A DNA stretch of 64,000 nucleotides from Octopus sinensis (taxonomy: Eukaryota): contig NC_043003.1 in NCBI RefSeq assembly GCF_006345805.1, forward strand, positions 59,706,001-59,770,000, read 5' to 3'. Every line of letters begins with the position of its first letter. The stretch's first letter is position 1. Shown here piece by piece: positions 27,121 to 41,223 of the stretch. The notes under the pieces are model-generated. The model was not told the origin of the DNA, did no database searches, and worked only from the letters and a program-made list of their open reading frames with translations. Position numbers and translations under genes: made by a program.

Positions 27121-28719
27121 ATATGCATACACATATTAATACGAAAAACACATGCTTATTTCGCATGTGATCTGGTCAAAAAATCGCAGGCATGAAAGGC
27201 AGTGGATGTCAGAAGGCAAGTCGGAATAAATGAAGTGTCTTTCTTGGTTTATCATCAACTGGTGACTCATTTCTGGGGAGTAAGTAGTTTAGAAAATTAA
27301 TATAATCATCTCTGATCTTGTCTTGTTCTGATTTAGTACAAAAGCAAATATTTTTGAGTTGTCCCCCTTAAATAATAGATGGCGGGAAAGTCTAGTATAG
27401 TTAAGGCCTTTTACAATTGCAACAAGAAACAATGATCAATAGAAAGTTGTCGGATAATATCCACTGATCCTATGGACTTGTTAATAATTTCTTACTCATT
27501 TAGAAGGATACGAAATTGCCTATGTGCTTAAGATAAATCTAACGTTACTAGGAACGGGAGAAAGAAGTGTCGCCTGGTTTCATACAGACCGTTATTCAAA
27601 CATGAAACATCAAAAAGCTGTGCGAATGCCGAGAATCACTAGCAGAAGAGATAATGAAGGCCTTTACTTCCACTCTTTGAAACCAATTAAGAAAATATGA
27701 ACCGTTATTCGTTATTCTAGCAAATGATGCGACAACCAGTCTGTCTAATATCTGCTATTTATCTCTCTCATCCCCTACCTACTCTCTCACTCATTCTCTC
27801 GTTCTGTCTGTCTTTCTCTGCTACAACTGAAAATTGATTAGACACAGCTAATGTGAGAACTGAATGAGTTAACAACATACACTAAAACGCATCCATCTTC
27901 TCTTACTGTGCACGTTGTCCAGTCGTAAGATTTCCACTATTCCAAATGACGCAGAAAATAAAACTTCCTCTTTCGTTTTTTCTTTTGCTCTTTCTGTCTA
28001 TGTTTGCTTTTACAAATTTCTTTCTTTCTTTTTTCTTTTATTATTTTATTCCTTTCATTCTTCATCTTTTCTTTTTTTCCTTTTTCATTGTCCTTCAAAA
28101 AATCCTGATCATATTTCTTATTTCCCATCATTTTAATATATTCTGTACCTCTCTGTACTTTGCTTGCATCGCTGCAAATATTTATTTTTGTTTATTTATT
28201 CATTCTTTTGTTCTCTTTTATTTTATTTCATTTCATTTATTTTCTTCCCTGCTCAAGAAGGAAAATAACTACCGAATTAATGTATACGCCAGCCGCACCC
28301 CACAATACCTATCCTAGAAAATAATTACCGTAAAACAAAAACCAACACAAATAAATCAGAAAAGTAGAAAAAAAGCAATAGGACATGAAAGACAATCAGG
28401 ATGGGAATAATTAAGCTGAAAAATAATATCTGTGTGTGAGTGAGAGGAGCTTTGCTCGTTTTATTCTAGTTAAGACGACATTCCGTCCTGTTTCTCAATA
28501 TAACAAACTATGAAGAAGGGACTTTGAAAAATTCCTCTGAAAACTGTAAAAATCGCTTCAAACAATTTTTCAATATATATATATGTAAAAATATACATTT
28601 ATATACACATTCATATACGTACACATACATACACGTGCATACACACATACATGCATACACATACACACTCTCAAACAAATATACAAACAGACAAGATACA
28701 TCCACTATAACTATATTTG

Positions 28720-28770
<51 letters not shown>

Positions 28771-30036
28771 AGTGGATGTATGTTTGTATCTATGTGTGTT
28801 TTCACAGAAGCCCGTGTGTGTGTGTGTGTGTATATTTTCTTGATTTCCGTGTAAATAAATATCAAATAAATAAAGATGAAAGGCAGTTTCTCAGAGCACT
28901 AGCCAAATTGGAAGGGAGAAGGGATAGAGGAAGCCACAACGGGAAAAAGTTAGTTATATCAATATTTTGTATCGTTTTGCCCATCTGTTATACTAAATCC
29001 TACAACATTAGTATTACTACAGAGTGTTCAAAATGTCTCTCCGCAGTATTTTATTGCAAAATAAATAATTATAAGATTCCTTTTTGATTAAGACCAAGAC
29101 CACTTTGTAGTTATATTATGCTTGACTTGTTTTACTATTGTTAATTGGTTTATCGATCTCTAAAGATCCCAAATATTCAAAGCAGAAGTAGTATACACAC
29201 AAACTCCTGAGATCGAATCTCAGAAAAATCAAGACGATTATTCGAAACAAATATCGATCCTGTAGCTATTTCCCTAATACGCTGCCGGTGCCTGGCTTCA
29301 ACACTGAGTATTTGCGTCTGTGGATTACTCAGCCATATATATAAATTTAGTAAGCAGGTAATTTACTTCAAGTACTTGGTAACTCATTGTCGAAACGGGT
29401 GGATGATCCAAGTTCTTACATTTATTTATGCATAAATACTTATTCAAATATCCATCTGGGTATATATATATGTATGCAAGTAAAGAAACAAGAAATTATA
29501 TTAAACAAAAGGAATAATTAATTTGGCTACTTTTCTTAACGATTTTTACATTAATTTCTATGATTATATTCTAATGAATTTTTCTGTTCACCGCATTAAC
29601 ACATCGTATTCCAAGCAATTTTATTTAATTTATTCATTTGGTTTGTAATCTAAATTTCATACTGACTTCATAAAATTATGTATTGTATAAGATGGGTTTT
29701 ACTTTACCGAGGATGAAATAAGTATATCATTCTTTCTGATGCCTGTATGATATCGTGTCTTTGTGGCTGACCAGAAATTATAATCTGTCTATCAAAGTGT
29801 TATTCGTCCATCACCTATCTTTTCCCTTCTTTGATGAACTCAGGCAAACTGTTTAATATTAGCAATTTTCCGACAAAGCCTTGCAATTCCCTTTTCTTTC
29901 TTTCCTCCTTGTTTATTTTTTACCCTATCACTTCTCCTGTCAATCTCTTCTCTCTTTCTTTTCAATAAAATGGCATATTACATACAGATGTCGCCAGCTT
30001 TCTCGTTGGGGAGCAAAGGTCATGCGACAATCACCA

Positions 30037-30142
30037 ACCGGAAGTGCAGATCACATGACTTGATCAAAGAATATCCTCACCAATTAGTTGGGAATGTCCC
30101 CCTTGTTCCAATTACGCTCCCCGTCCAATTGTTCAACCAATT
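30037..30142. promoter_or_regulatory. Candidate cis-regulatory cluster (ETS-type, E-box and four CCAATT)
   Basis: ACCGGAAGTG at 30037-30046, TCACATGAC at 30051-30059, and CCAATT at 30080, 30108, 30125 and 30137, all in non-repetitive sequence. Confidence 0.3.
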
Positions 30143-31209
30143 CAGGTGGAAGTAAAATTCTACTCATTATCAATATTAGGGCTGCTTGTTGGCTATGATC
30201 ACTTTAGATGTTCACTGCATGTTTGTGCTGTGTCTCTGTAGAGTTAGGGGAATCAAGAACTGTAACGAAGGCTTATTTCGTAATCTATGCGCCATATCTT
30301 GTTGACAGCTCACTGGCATGGACACACTTTCTCATGCCCTTTACGAACGAACCATCCTCTCAGAAATGCAGGTTTAATGAACGGAGTAGAATATTCTTTT
30401 TTTTTAAAAAAAAGAAAGACACATAAAGAACGATATTGCGAGAGAGTACTAATGTGAGAGTGAGAGAGAAAATGGAATGAGAAATAACAAAAAAAAACAA
30501 ATATATATCCATAAAAGTATGAGATAAAGGATACAAACAAAAACTAGTTTTAAAATACAGAAAAACAAATGCAAAGAGACATCATTATTATTATTATTTT
30601 TTTGTTTTGTTTTAGAGAAAAAATAATGAATGGGAAAGAAACAAAGGAATAACAGAGACAGTATTTTTGGTTAAGCAATACATGATACAGACGAGCATTT
30701 CAAATGAAACGACAAAATTATCTGCATAGTGTGTGAAAGTTTTTTGTTAATTTGTGTGTGCGAGTGTCGCGTGTGTATGACATGTGCATATGTGTACGTA
30801 TGTCTAGTATATGTGAATATATGTTTACATGTGCGATGCATGGATGTTTTTTTTCTTTTAAAATGTTTCTAATATTTTTTCTCTACTCTTTTATTTAAAT
30901 TTCAGGTGATAAATATATGAAATAATAGTTCTAAATTACATGTTTGTTAGTACGTAACATAATAATCTTCTCACACACATGATAAACATGAGTATTCATA
31001 CTATGTGTTATTTTGCATAACCTATATATATATATAAAGATATATTAATAATTTTGGTAAACTGTCGGTAAAACAATTTTAATATTGTGCTATAAAATGT
31101 GTTGCTCACTCCATTCCTCCTGTTTGTTTCTTTGTTGTACACACACACACACATACACGCACATACACATACACGCATAGGTGTGTATATATATACATAC
31201 ATAGGCATA

Positions 31210-31335
31210 GGCGTAGGAGTGGCTATGTGGTAAGTAGCTTGCTTACGATCCACATGGTTCCGAGTTCAGTCCCACTGCGTGACACCTTGGGCAAGTGTCT
31301 TCTACTATAACCTTGTAAGTGGATTTGGTAGACTG

Positions 31336-31384
<49 letters not shown>

Positions 31385-31645
31385 TACATATATATATATA
31401 TATACGACGGCTTCTTTCAGTTTATATATATATGTATGTGTGTATATATGTTTGTGTGTGTGTCCCCGCCCCCAACAGATGCTGGTGTATTTACGTCCCC
31501 GTAACATAGCGGTTCGGCAAAAGAGCCCGATAGAATAAGTACTAGGCTTACAAAGAATAAGTCCTGAGGTTGATTTTCTTGACTAAAAGGCGGTGCTCTA
31601 GCATGGTCACAGTCAAATGACTGAAACAAGTAAGAGTAAAGAGTA
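31210..31645 (+). mobile_element. tRNA-derived SINE family A, near full length
   Basis: Head ggcgtaggagtggctatgtggtaagtagcttgc...ggttccgagttcagtccc (A/B-box-like), internal (TA)n, and 3' half gcggttcggcaaaagagcccgatagaataagtactaggc...gtaagagtaaagag. Confidence 0.85.
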
Positions 31646-31799
31646 CACACACACACACACACACACACATGCAGGTGGTAGTGTAGGGAATAGTCATCAG
31701 TCAAGCATGCAAACGAGAAATTAAACTATCAATTTGTTTATGAATTTCAATGGTTTATTCAGCCATAATGCAGCGTGGTTTACACAAAGGTCTTCTTTA

Positions 31800-32001
31800 G
31801 AATATTCGTCGGCTCACAGAGAAAGGGATTAAGTCGATTATGCCGACCTCAGTGCGTAACTGGTACTTATTTAATTGACCCCGAACGGGTCAAAGGCAAA
31901 GTCGATTTCAGCGGAATTTGTACTCAGAACGTAACGTCAGACGAAATACCGCTAAGCATATCGCCCGGCGTGCAAACGATTCTGCCAGCTCACCGCCTTG
32001 C
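31800..32001 (-). mobile_element. SINE family B
   Basis: Reverse complement of family B, ending gccagctcaccgccttg. Confidence 0.8.
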
Positions 32002-32049
32002 ATTCTCAAATAAATTCGTATAAGAAGCTTAATAAATAATATTGTGTGT

Positions 32050-32285
32050 CCCATTCACGACAGGATACTTGTCTTTCCTCATACTTTAATTTATGCAGGC
32101 AACTAGGTAACATCTACCATGTTGGTAGCAGGAGAATATCCCTTCAAATCATACTTTACTGTCTTAAAAAGGGTGGACTCATCGAACAATGTTATTGTAA
32201 TATATAGTGGATGGCCTCATCTGGAACGACTTTGACCACATGTCTATCTGATTAAGGGCGGGTTTGGGCTAAACAATAACAGAAG
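32050..32285 (+). mobile_element. Interspersed repeat family C; fragments also near 21050-21115, 22925-23050, 47775-47850 and 58585-58607
   Basis: Shared motifs ccct(c/t)caaatca(c/t)ac...gtcttaaaa, ccactagaaata.cagc.aaa and ggg(c/a)ctaaacaa recur among these loci. Confidence 0.5.
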
Positions 32286-33991
32286 CAATAATATATTAAT
32301 TCATGATTTAAACTCAAAGCCACAATTTATACAGTTTATATGAGAGACTTAGAGCAAAGTTTCGGCTTTGGTTTATTTTTTTCTGTTTTCTATTTTATCT
32401 CGATGAATTCATAAATGCTGTATATGTTTGTGACTGCTTTTAGTCGCTAGAGATATTTTAGCTATGTAAAACACTGTTTATTATGAAAAGGAAAAAAAAG
32501 TACTTGAAAGGAAATTAGTAGGCTTGGTATGAGAATATTTGATCATTTTACTTAGTCCTTTTATGTGTTATCTATTTTTAACTTTTAGTAAGTTCGCACC
32601 GCGTGTACGTTTGTGCATAAGGTTTTGTTTGAGCTACGTGTCGTAGGCTCATATTTTATTTTTCAAAATTCTCTGTATACTAAACTAGTAGGGAGTTACT
32701 ATGTCGATATTTAAGCTCGTGATGTAAGGAATTGAACTGGACGTTGATGCTGACAGCACCATGGAGTTCCTGTTTTTCCTGGTGTATTAAGTGTCGAAAG
32801 TGCATGGTTTATTACTTGAGTGTCTAATGTTTACTTTTGCGCAGATATTTAAGAAGTAAACTCGTCAGGTTTTGAACTAAGAACAAAAATATATATAAAT
32901 AAATACCGTAGACATTTTATTCAACGCTCTGTTGATTCTTTCAGTTCACAGAATAATTTGTAATAAAGGTAAAAGTCCAAAAATTTGATGGTAGGGAGAC
33001 GGTCGATTATATCACTCACAATACTTGAGAGGCAGCTTGTTTAATTGATCTTGAGGAAGATGAAAAATAAAATGATAACCTCGAAAGGATTCGAACTCAG
33101 AACATAAAGAGTCGAACTAATACTGCAAAGCATTATGCCAAGGGCTTTAATGATTGTTTCAATCCACAAAATAGAAGGCACACAGCAAGAAAATTTGAGT
33201 GGGTGGAGTTGGTAGTGGAAGGGTCGATTATATATCGTCACTTGCTGGTTCTTTATTATATCGAACAGGAAGATTGAAAGATTAAGTTTACCGCGATGGA
33301 ATTTGAACTAATAACGTTAAGATCCGGAACAAGTGCAGTGAAGCATTTTGTCCATCGTTCATATACTTCTGCCTATATACAGAATAATCCAACGAGATAG
33401 CATAGAAGACATCAAAGTATGGTGAGTCGAAACATAAGAGGTAAAATAAGATTTTGAGAAACACCTGCGCGGAAATCTGAAAAATATTTAATATAAATTA
33501 TTTCGAACTTTTAGAAAGATATATTGTTCTTTGAACTTAAAAATATGAACCATTATTGTTGCGCAACATATTTTGACAGTTATATATTGTTTAAACAGAG
33601 AGAAATAATAATTAAATGCCTTTAGTTACTTTTGTATGTGACAATGATTTATGATGTTAAAGAAAATTATTACGTTACTTTACTGAGAAGAGATATTTCA
33701 CAACATTGTGGATTGGTTGAGAATTTAAATATGTAAATTAAGCTGGATAAATTTAGTGGCCATATTTGTTATTTTTTCTTGAAAAGAAAAAAATTCTTTG
33801 CTGTTTTAGCTTCAGTTTAAGAACCAATTCTTCTTAGCTAGAGGCATTAAACCAATTCTTCTTGAAATTTACTAAAAAGACAATAAATGAATATTATTTA
33901 AAATATCTGTTTTTCAATAATTAAGGCTAAACTGGCAATGCCGCAGGAAAGTACATTCAAGAACATACATATATATTTACATGCATACATA

Positions 33992-34054
<63 letters not shown>

Positions 34055-34446
34055 TATATATATATGCATATTTATATATGTACGCACACACACACACATC
34101 TATATATATCTAGATAGATAGTTATAGATAATGCCATAAAACTTATTAATATTTAAATGAATGGCGTAATGATATGTGTTAGGTAAGAAATTACTTTTAT
34201 GTAGCTATTTCAACAAAGTTTATTGAACATGGCTGTCTGGTTAAGAAGTTCGCTTCAAAATTAATGGTGGTTTCCAGATTCGATTCCATGTGACGCACCT
34301 TGTAGGTAATGCTATAAGCCTTGTTTTCATCAGTATTTTCTTCGTGAAATTAGGCTGAAGGGAAATGTGCGAAATCCTGATTCACATGAACACACGTATC
34401 TCTTCTCTTTTGTTTTATTCCTTATAATGTTGAACTACTGAAGCAG

Positions 34447-34494
34447 AGTCTTGAACTGCTAATGAGAACACTCGAAACACACTACCATTTCATT
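34447..34494 (+). CDS. Weak candidate 48-nt exon, phase 0-0, SLELLMRTLETHYHFI
   Basis: Donor ATT|gtaagt. The acceptor is NAGNAG-type (aagcag|) after a pyrimidine-rich stretch. Confidence 0.15.
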
Positions 34495-34544
34495 GTAAGT
34501 CTGGTAATCTTTATATCGGGCACTGATGACGAAAGGCTAGATTA

Positions 34545-34826
34545 CGGGGATGTAAACAAAACAATACCATTTGTCAAACGGTGGTAATGGGCCAAACGAA
34601 TGTGTGTATGTGTATGTACGTGTATTTGTGTGTCTGTGTGTGTCCTCACAACATGACTTGACAACCGATGCTGACATGTTTATGTTCCCGTAACTTAGCG
34701 GTTCGGCTTAAAGAGACCGATACAATAAGTAATAGTCTTACAAAGAATAAGTTCTGAGGTTGATTTGCTCGACTAAAAAGCGGTGCTCCAGCATGGCTGC
34801 AGTGAAATGACTGAAAGAAAAAGAGA

Positions 34827-34830
<4 letters not shown>
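34545..34830. mobile_element. SINE family A 3' halves in inverted arrangement
   Basis: A short minus-oriented remnant (about 34545-34600) is followed by a plus-oriented 3' half (about 34635-34830). Confidence 0.65.
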
Positions 34831-34899
<69 letters not shown>

Positions 34900-36037
34900 C
34901 ATATATAAATACATAAATTTATATATACACACATATATACATATATATCCATCCATACATATATATGAATATATATATGTACACATACACACATTAGACT
35001 TCCTCTCTGTCTCTATCTACCAAATCTCACCCAAGGCATTGGCTGGCCCGACAGAAGACACTTGTCCAAGGTTCCGCACAGGTTTGAAGCAGGTGGTTGT
35101 TACTTCTTCTAAGTACTCATGTAATCATGAGAATACATGCAACCTCATGGCTTTCCCATTCTTAACCTAATGGAACATAATGAGTATTGTATCTGCTGAC
35201 CACGGAACTGGAATCGTAAGAAGACATTATGGTATCGTTAGAACGAAACTTGTAAGGAGAGGGGGCGGAAATACAGACAAAAGCTAGAGAGTAAGTCTAA
35301 AGCTTATATATGTGTACTTACTCATACATAACACGTGCATGTTTGTACTTTTAATTCATTGATTTTGCTTTAATGCAAAACTATTCAGAAAAATACTAAA
35401 CCTTAGCAGATAGACTGAGTTACAGATTGTATACTTCTGAGAAAACACCATTAAAAACCATAAAATTCGTTAATAAGCAATAAAGTATATAAACACTACT
35501 GAATACTTCGATAAGCTCCTCAAATACATAAAAGGTACTTCCATAATCTTGATATGAATTGTAAATATTATAGACATTGATATCACACTGGAAAAAAATC
35601 ATTAACATTCATTATAGCTTATGTAGATTCGGAGAAATTTTTGATAACAAACTACTGCAAGTATAACTTTATCATTTACTTTCTCAGATAATATGCAAAT
35701 ATGTTTTAGAAAGATATTTCTAGACTGCTATAAATATTGACATGATAAATATTCAGACATTTTGTATTATCGACTATCTCCAAACTTCTGTATATTTTAG
35801 CATTTTGTATAATACATTTAACCCTTGAAATGCTAGATAAACGTTTATAAAAATGATATTCACTAGTACTTTTTGCTTCTTACTGCTAAGCACACAAACG
35901 TTCTCAGTACAACTCGCATCAGAAAAATTTTCTGAGCTGCATGAACGTTACTTTTGACATTTCAAGTTATTGTAATAATAACGATTCTGCCAGTTCACCG
36001 CATTAATAATAATAATAAAAATAATAATAATAATAAT

Positions 36038-36575
36038 CATGGCTCTCATGGCTTCTGACCTTAGCTGATTGGAAGAGTTATCATATACATTGTTTTATCT
36101 TGGTATAAAAGATGGGCTACAGCAAATATTCTCCTCAATACCACGAATTTGCTTGTCAGTAGTTTGACCGTAACCAGTTGGGCATTTCTCTTAACTGCTG
36201 ACGATATGTTCATCTCTGATCACGAGTAAAAGTAGTGGAGAAGCATCGTTGCCATGTGGTGAGAGGAATCCTTTCGGGTTTGGATAATTCATTTCTGAAA
36301 ACATGAGTGTTTCGTTCCACATCATTAAACAACCCTTATTCAGGGACCTTTTGAGCGGGATGGGCTACTCGACCTGAAGAATATTCTAACTGGGCCCCAC
36401 CTGCAAGGTCATGCGCTTTTTATCTTGATATGAAATCACCATGTCGCGCACATATGGTCGTGATGCATGTACTTGGTGTGCTCTTATCAGACGGGTAGTC
36501 ATGTTGGGTATACTAGACTTCGTATAGTTTACCATAGTGTCACTTTGATGGTATGCACTGCTCTCACAGTCAATA
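36038..36575 (-). mobile_element. About 540-bp non-coding interspersed repeat flanked by (AAT)n, probably a non-autonomous retroposon
   Basis: A complex, GC-richer block bounded by (AAT)n runs on both sides, with no ORF. I recall it as an abundant octopus repeat, but there is only one copy in this window. Confidence 0.55.
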
Positions 36576-37044
36576 ATAATAATAATTTGGGCTCAAAACC
36601 TGCAGTTTCGGGGTGAATGGGTACTTATTTTATCGAAAGGATGAAAGTCAATTCCACAGAAGTTGATCTTATAATTCATCCCGAAACACTTATGTGTATA
36701 TATAAGCATTATGTTGAACAAGAAATATTCACCTCTCCCCTACAAAAATCAACTTTCCCAAAGATTTACGAAATAAGTCAGGTTTAAAAGCGTATTATTT
36801 TGAGTAGATGTGAGACGTATCTTTGGGTTTCCATCTGCAACTGCTTCACTTTATTTACGTTGCAAATATTTTTGGGAAAAACAACACACACACTCACATA
36901 CACAGAGGTGGGGGGAGAGAGTGAAGTTATTGAAAGAATAGAGAGGGAGAGAGAGAGAGGTGATCCATGAAGGAAAGAATCAACTTCACAGTTTTTCCTA
37001 TGAATGTCCATATCATTTTAACAAAATTTGCTGGGTAGGCATGG

Positions 37045-37390
37045 TAAGCATGGCATAGTGGTAAGGAAGCTCCTTTTGCAATCACGTGGTTTCGGGTTCG
37101 GTTTCATTGCGCAGTACTTTGCTCAAAAGATTTTAACTACGGCCCCGATTCAATCAATGCCTTGCGAGTGAATTTAGTATACGAAAACTGTGGAATCCCA
37201 CCGAATATGTATCTGTGTGTGTGTTTCCCACCACCGTTTGAAACCGGTATTATTTTATTTACGCTTTCGAAACTTAGCGTTTCGGCAAGAGAGAACCGAT
37301 ATAAGTAAAAACTCTAAAAACTACTGGGGTCGATTTATTCGACTAAAACACGGTGCTACAGTATCGCCGCGTATCACTTACTAAAGCAAG
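37045..37390 (+). mobile_element. SINE family A, diverged copy
   Basis: tRNA-like head (gcatagtggtaagg...ggtttcgggttcgg) and 3' half (cttagcgtttcggcaagagagaaccgat...ggggtcgattt). Confidence 0.7.
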
Positions 37391-38198
37391 TAAAAAATAA
37401 AACGTACTTAAGTCATAACTTGTGCATATTGCTATTACACGACATCCAACACTCTACATAATCAAATAAATATTAATATCCTTATTTTAATACACAGAAT
37501 TTCTGTCTTCTGGAGAATGTAGAGAAATGAGGCCGTTATTTCAGGCTAACCAATCACAACGTAGCTGAACAGATGTGAAAACTGTGTTGTTTCATGAAAC
37601 ATCCCATATGTTACTTCGGACAGTGTCTATTACTATTTCATTTCCGCATGTTGAAGCCAAAAGTTCAATATAATGCCTCCCAGTTGTTTGCATTCTCTTT
37701 CTGATGGGTGAGGTGTGGCGCTGTAGCAAGAATTCCTATGACTTTCTATAAAAAACAAATAGGCTTTTGGATTTTTATAGCAGCATATGTGTATGCCAAT
37801 TAATAGAACATTTAGAAAGCGTTAGAAACTGAAAGAAAATTTTATGAAAAATAAGAAACTACGTTCTCCAGAATGTAATGACCGTGCATATTTTGTGAGA
37901 AATATTCAAGATATATTTCAGTTGTAGTATAAGGGTGTGAATATCAAACATTGATATTAGTAGCCATCCATGTAAATATAAAACGATTTTTTTCCTATTT
38001 ATGTACAAAACCAAGACTATACATATAGGAGGGATGGAGAAAATTTTGACACAAATACTTTTCTCAAGAGAGTCAGTTTGATGATCCTACATAGTTAGAT
38101 AAAACTATTAATTATTCCTACTCGCAAAATGAATTTAGCAAGTTCAATACCTCCGACTTTACGGTACTCACCGTTCTTTGACGAAAAACTGACAGAAG

Positions 38199-38407
38199 TG
38201 TGTGGTTAAGAAGCTCTATTTCCAACTACGTGGTTTCGGGTTTAGCTCCACTGTTCGATATCCTGGACAAATGTCTTCTACTAAGGTCTACTAAATTCAC
38301 TAACAAGGTATTAATCGGTCCAAGATATAGTAGGAGACACTTGCCTAAGGGGCTGCACAGTGGGATTGAACCTAAAACCATATGGCTGCAAAGCGAGTTT
38401 CTTAAGC
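38199..38407. mobile_element. Two SINE family A heads in inverted orientation
   Basis: A plus head at 38199-38283 is joined to a minus copy at about 38285-38407. Confidence 0.65.
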
Positions 38408-39505
38408 AAAAATAATGCTCACTCTGAACAAGAAGACGAGATTGGAGAGACTTTCGAACTAATTACCTTTCAAGAAATACCATGTATTACAAATGGAAGA
38501 ATGAAAGATATCCTGATAATAAAGATTCAGTATCTGTCTCATTTGCAATAATAAAGATCTGATTAACAGAGAGGAAAACTATTAGCAAAAAAAGTGCTAA
38601 ACTAGAGATCTGAGGAATTGACTATCAGAACGTCTACGAAACAAATATGCATACCGCTGTTGATATCACCACTAAATTTCTGGATTATTTCTTGAATTTA
38701 TTCTACAGTTGTAACGGTAGGGAATAAAAAATAACATCAGCTGAAAACTTCAAAGACGCACCGACAGCTAGCCAAATTTTCTAGTTAGTTGATCGTTAAT
38801 GAACAAGCTTAGACACGAATTAATTAAGCGCCAGGTTTGAGTAATCATTCTAGCTTAATAGAGTTTAGTTGCTCAACAAACTGTCATTTTTATCTGACAG
38901 ATATGTATTTTTATTTTATGGTGATATTTATTAAATTCCTAGCTTAGTGTTGTTACATGAAGGAAAAGGAATTAGTGTTTTCTGGAGACGGAAAGGCTTT
39001 TGCTGTTATATCTGCGTTAATATTCGATCTAGCTTGACTTTAATAAATGAATTATAGAAATGAAATTGTGAATCAACCGATTCTACAATATGGGGGGAAC
39101 AAACAGCAAAACGGAGACCCAGACAGACTGAAAGGAGGAAAGAAAGAAAGAAAGAAAGAGAGAGGGAGAGAGGTTGAGATGTAACAGTAAAGAAACAGAT
39201 AAAGAGAAAGAAAGCACTTTCCAATGTTTTACCGTTCATCAGTTGAAGAAGTGTCTAATAACTCAGCCATATTATAATCAAACAAAAGAAGACATGTTTG
39301 AGTGTATTTTGGGTATGGAGTAGGCGAGAAAGACAAAATTCTCAGCAGAAAAAGTGAAAGCTACTGACATTTTACCTCATTGGAGAAAAGAGTTGGAAAT
39401 AATTGATCACATTTGGAATTATGATGTTCTATACGAGAGAGAGAAAAAAAGCATTCTCTTGTGGTTTTATTGAAGCGTCAACTATGTAATTATATCTTTC
39501 TCAAT

Positions 39506-39542
<37 letters not shown>

Positions 39543-39560
39543 TGTGTGTGTGTGTGTGTG

Positions 39561-39609
39561 TGTATGTGTTTATAATATATATGTGTGGGCATGTATACGT
39601 ATATATATT

Positions 39610-39640
<31 letters not shown>

Positions 39641-40423
39641 TGATAAATATAAGCGTTTGTGTATGTATGCTATATATGTATGTACATACATGTCCACATA
39701 CACTTTCCAAAGACAGGCAGAAAAAGGGGGACAAACAGATAAATATAGGTGCGCGCGAGTGGGTGAATATATTGCATGTCTTTTGTAATAATATCATGCT
39801 GTTGTAAGCGTCGAAGATTAAGATCTACACATCCCCAATGAAATCTGTTATCAGCTTTCTATTTCCAATTGCAATAGTTTTATATCACTTACGTCATTAA
39901 TAACCTTAAGAAAGTCATAGACAACGAACAATCTAATTTTCAACCACTTTTTCCTAATAAATGTGCATATATATAAGAAATTTACACAGTGCTTTTATAT
40001 ATATATATGTGTGTATTGGTGGACGCGTGTGTTTGTGATTTGTGTATGTGTGTTTGGTGAAAATGTGGGTGCCGTTGAATGATTGGTGGTAAATCCGAGG
40101 CAAGATGAGCGAGCCCATGACATCTGTTCGATTTCAGGCGAATCAGAAGTTTATCGTAATTCATATGGCTGCAAACGTTTTAGACCGCAATTATGAGATA
40201 ACACGCTATTGAGCACAGAGTATATTATAGAAAGATGTATATATTCTAACAACACTGCTATATTTCGTAGATGGAATCTGTGCAGAAGCCTGTCATATAT
40301 ATATGTGTGTGTGTGTGCGTGCGTGTGTGTGTGTGTGGTGTGTGTGTGTGTGTGTGTGTGTGTGGTGTGGTGTGTGTATGTGTTTATAATATATATGTGT
40401 GGGCATGTATACGTATATATATT

Positions 40424-40454
<31 letters not shown>

Positions 40455-41132
40455 TGATAAATATAAGCGTTTGTGTATGTATGCTATATATGTATGTACA
40501 TACATGTCCACATACACTTTCCAAAGACAGGCAGAAAAAGGGGGACAAACAGATAAATATAGGTGCGCGCGAGTGGGTGAATATATTGCATGTCTTTTGT
40601 AATAATATCATGCTGTTGTAAGCGTCGAAGATTAAGATCTACACATCCCCAATGAAATCTGTTATCAGCTTTCTATTTCCAATTGCAATAGTTTTATATC
40701 ACTTACGTCATTAATAACCTTAAGAAAGTCATAGACAACGAACAATCTAATTTTCAACCACTTTTTCCTAATAAATGTGCATATATATAAGAAATTTACA
40801 CAGTGCTTTTATATATATATATGTGTGTATTGGTGGACGCGTGTGTTTGTGATTTGTGTATGTGTGTTTGGTGAAAATGTGGGTGCCGTTGAATGATTGG
40901 TGGTAAATCCGAGGCAAGATGAGCGAGCCCATGACATCTGTTCGATTTCAGGCGAATCAGAAGTTTATCGTAATTCATATGGCTGCAAACGTTTTAGACC
41001 GCAATTATGAGATAACACGCTATTGAGCACAGAGTATATTATAGAAAGATGTATATATTCTAACAACACTGCTATATTTCGTAGATGGAATCTGTGCAGA
41101 AGCCTGTCATATATATATGTGTGTGTGTGTGC

Positions 41133-41151
<19 letters not shown>
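39561..41151. repeat. Tandem duplication, period 814 bp, 777 bp apparently identical
   Basis: 39561-40337 matches 40375-41151. Identical ORFs in the track are offset by exactly 814 (39982/40796, 39609/40423). The units are bounded by (GT)n tracts. Confidence 0.95.

Positions 41152-41223
<72 letters not shown>

Noticed and set aside
34521-34536. CTGATGA...GAAA hammerhead-like cores (also about 18329 on + and 51100 on -)
   Set aside because: There is no stem II at 34521 or 18329. At 51100 the GAAA is GAAC and stems I and III do not form.
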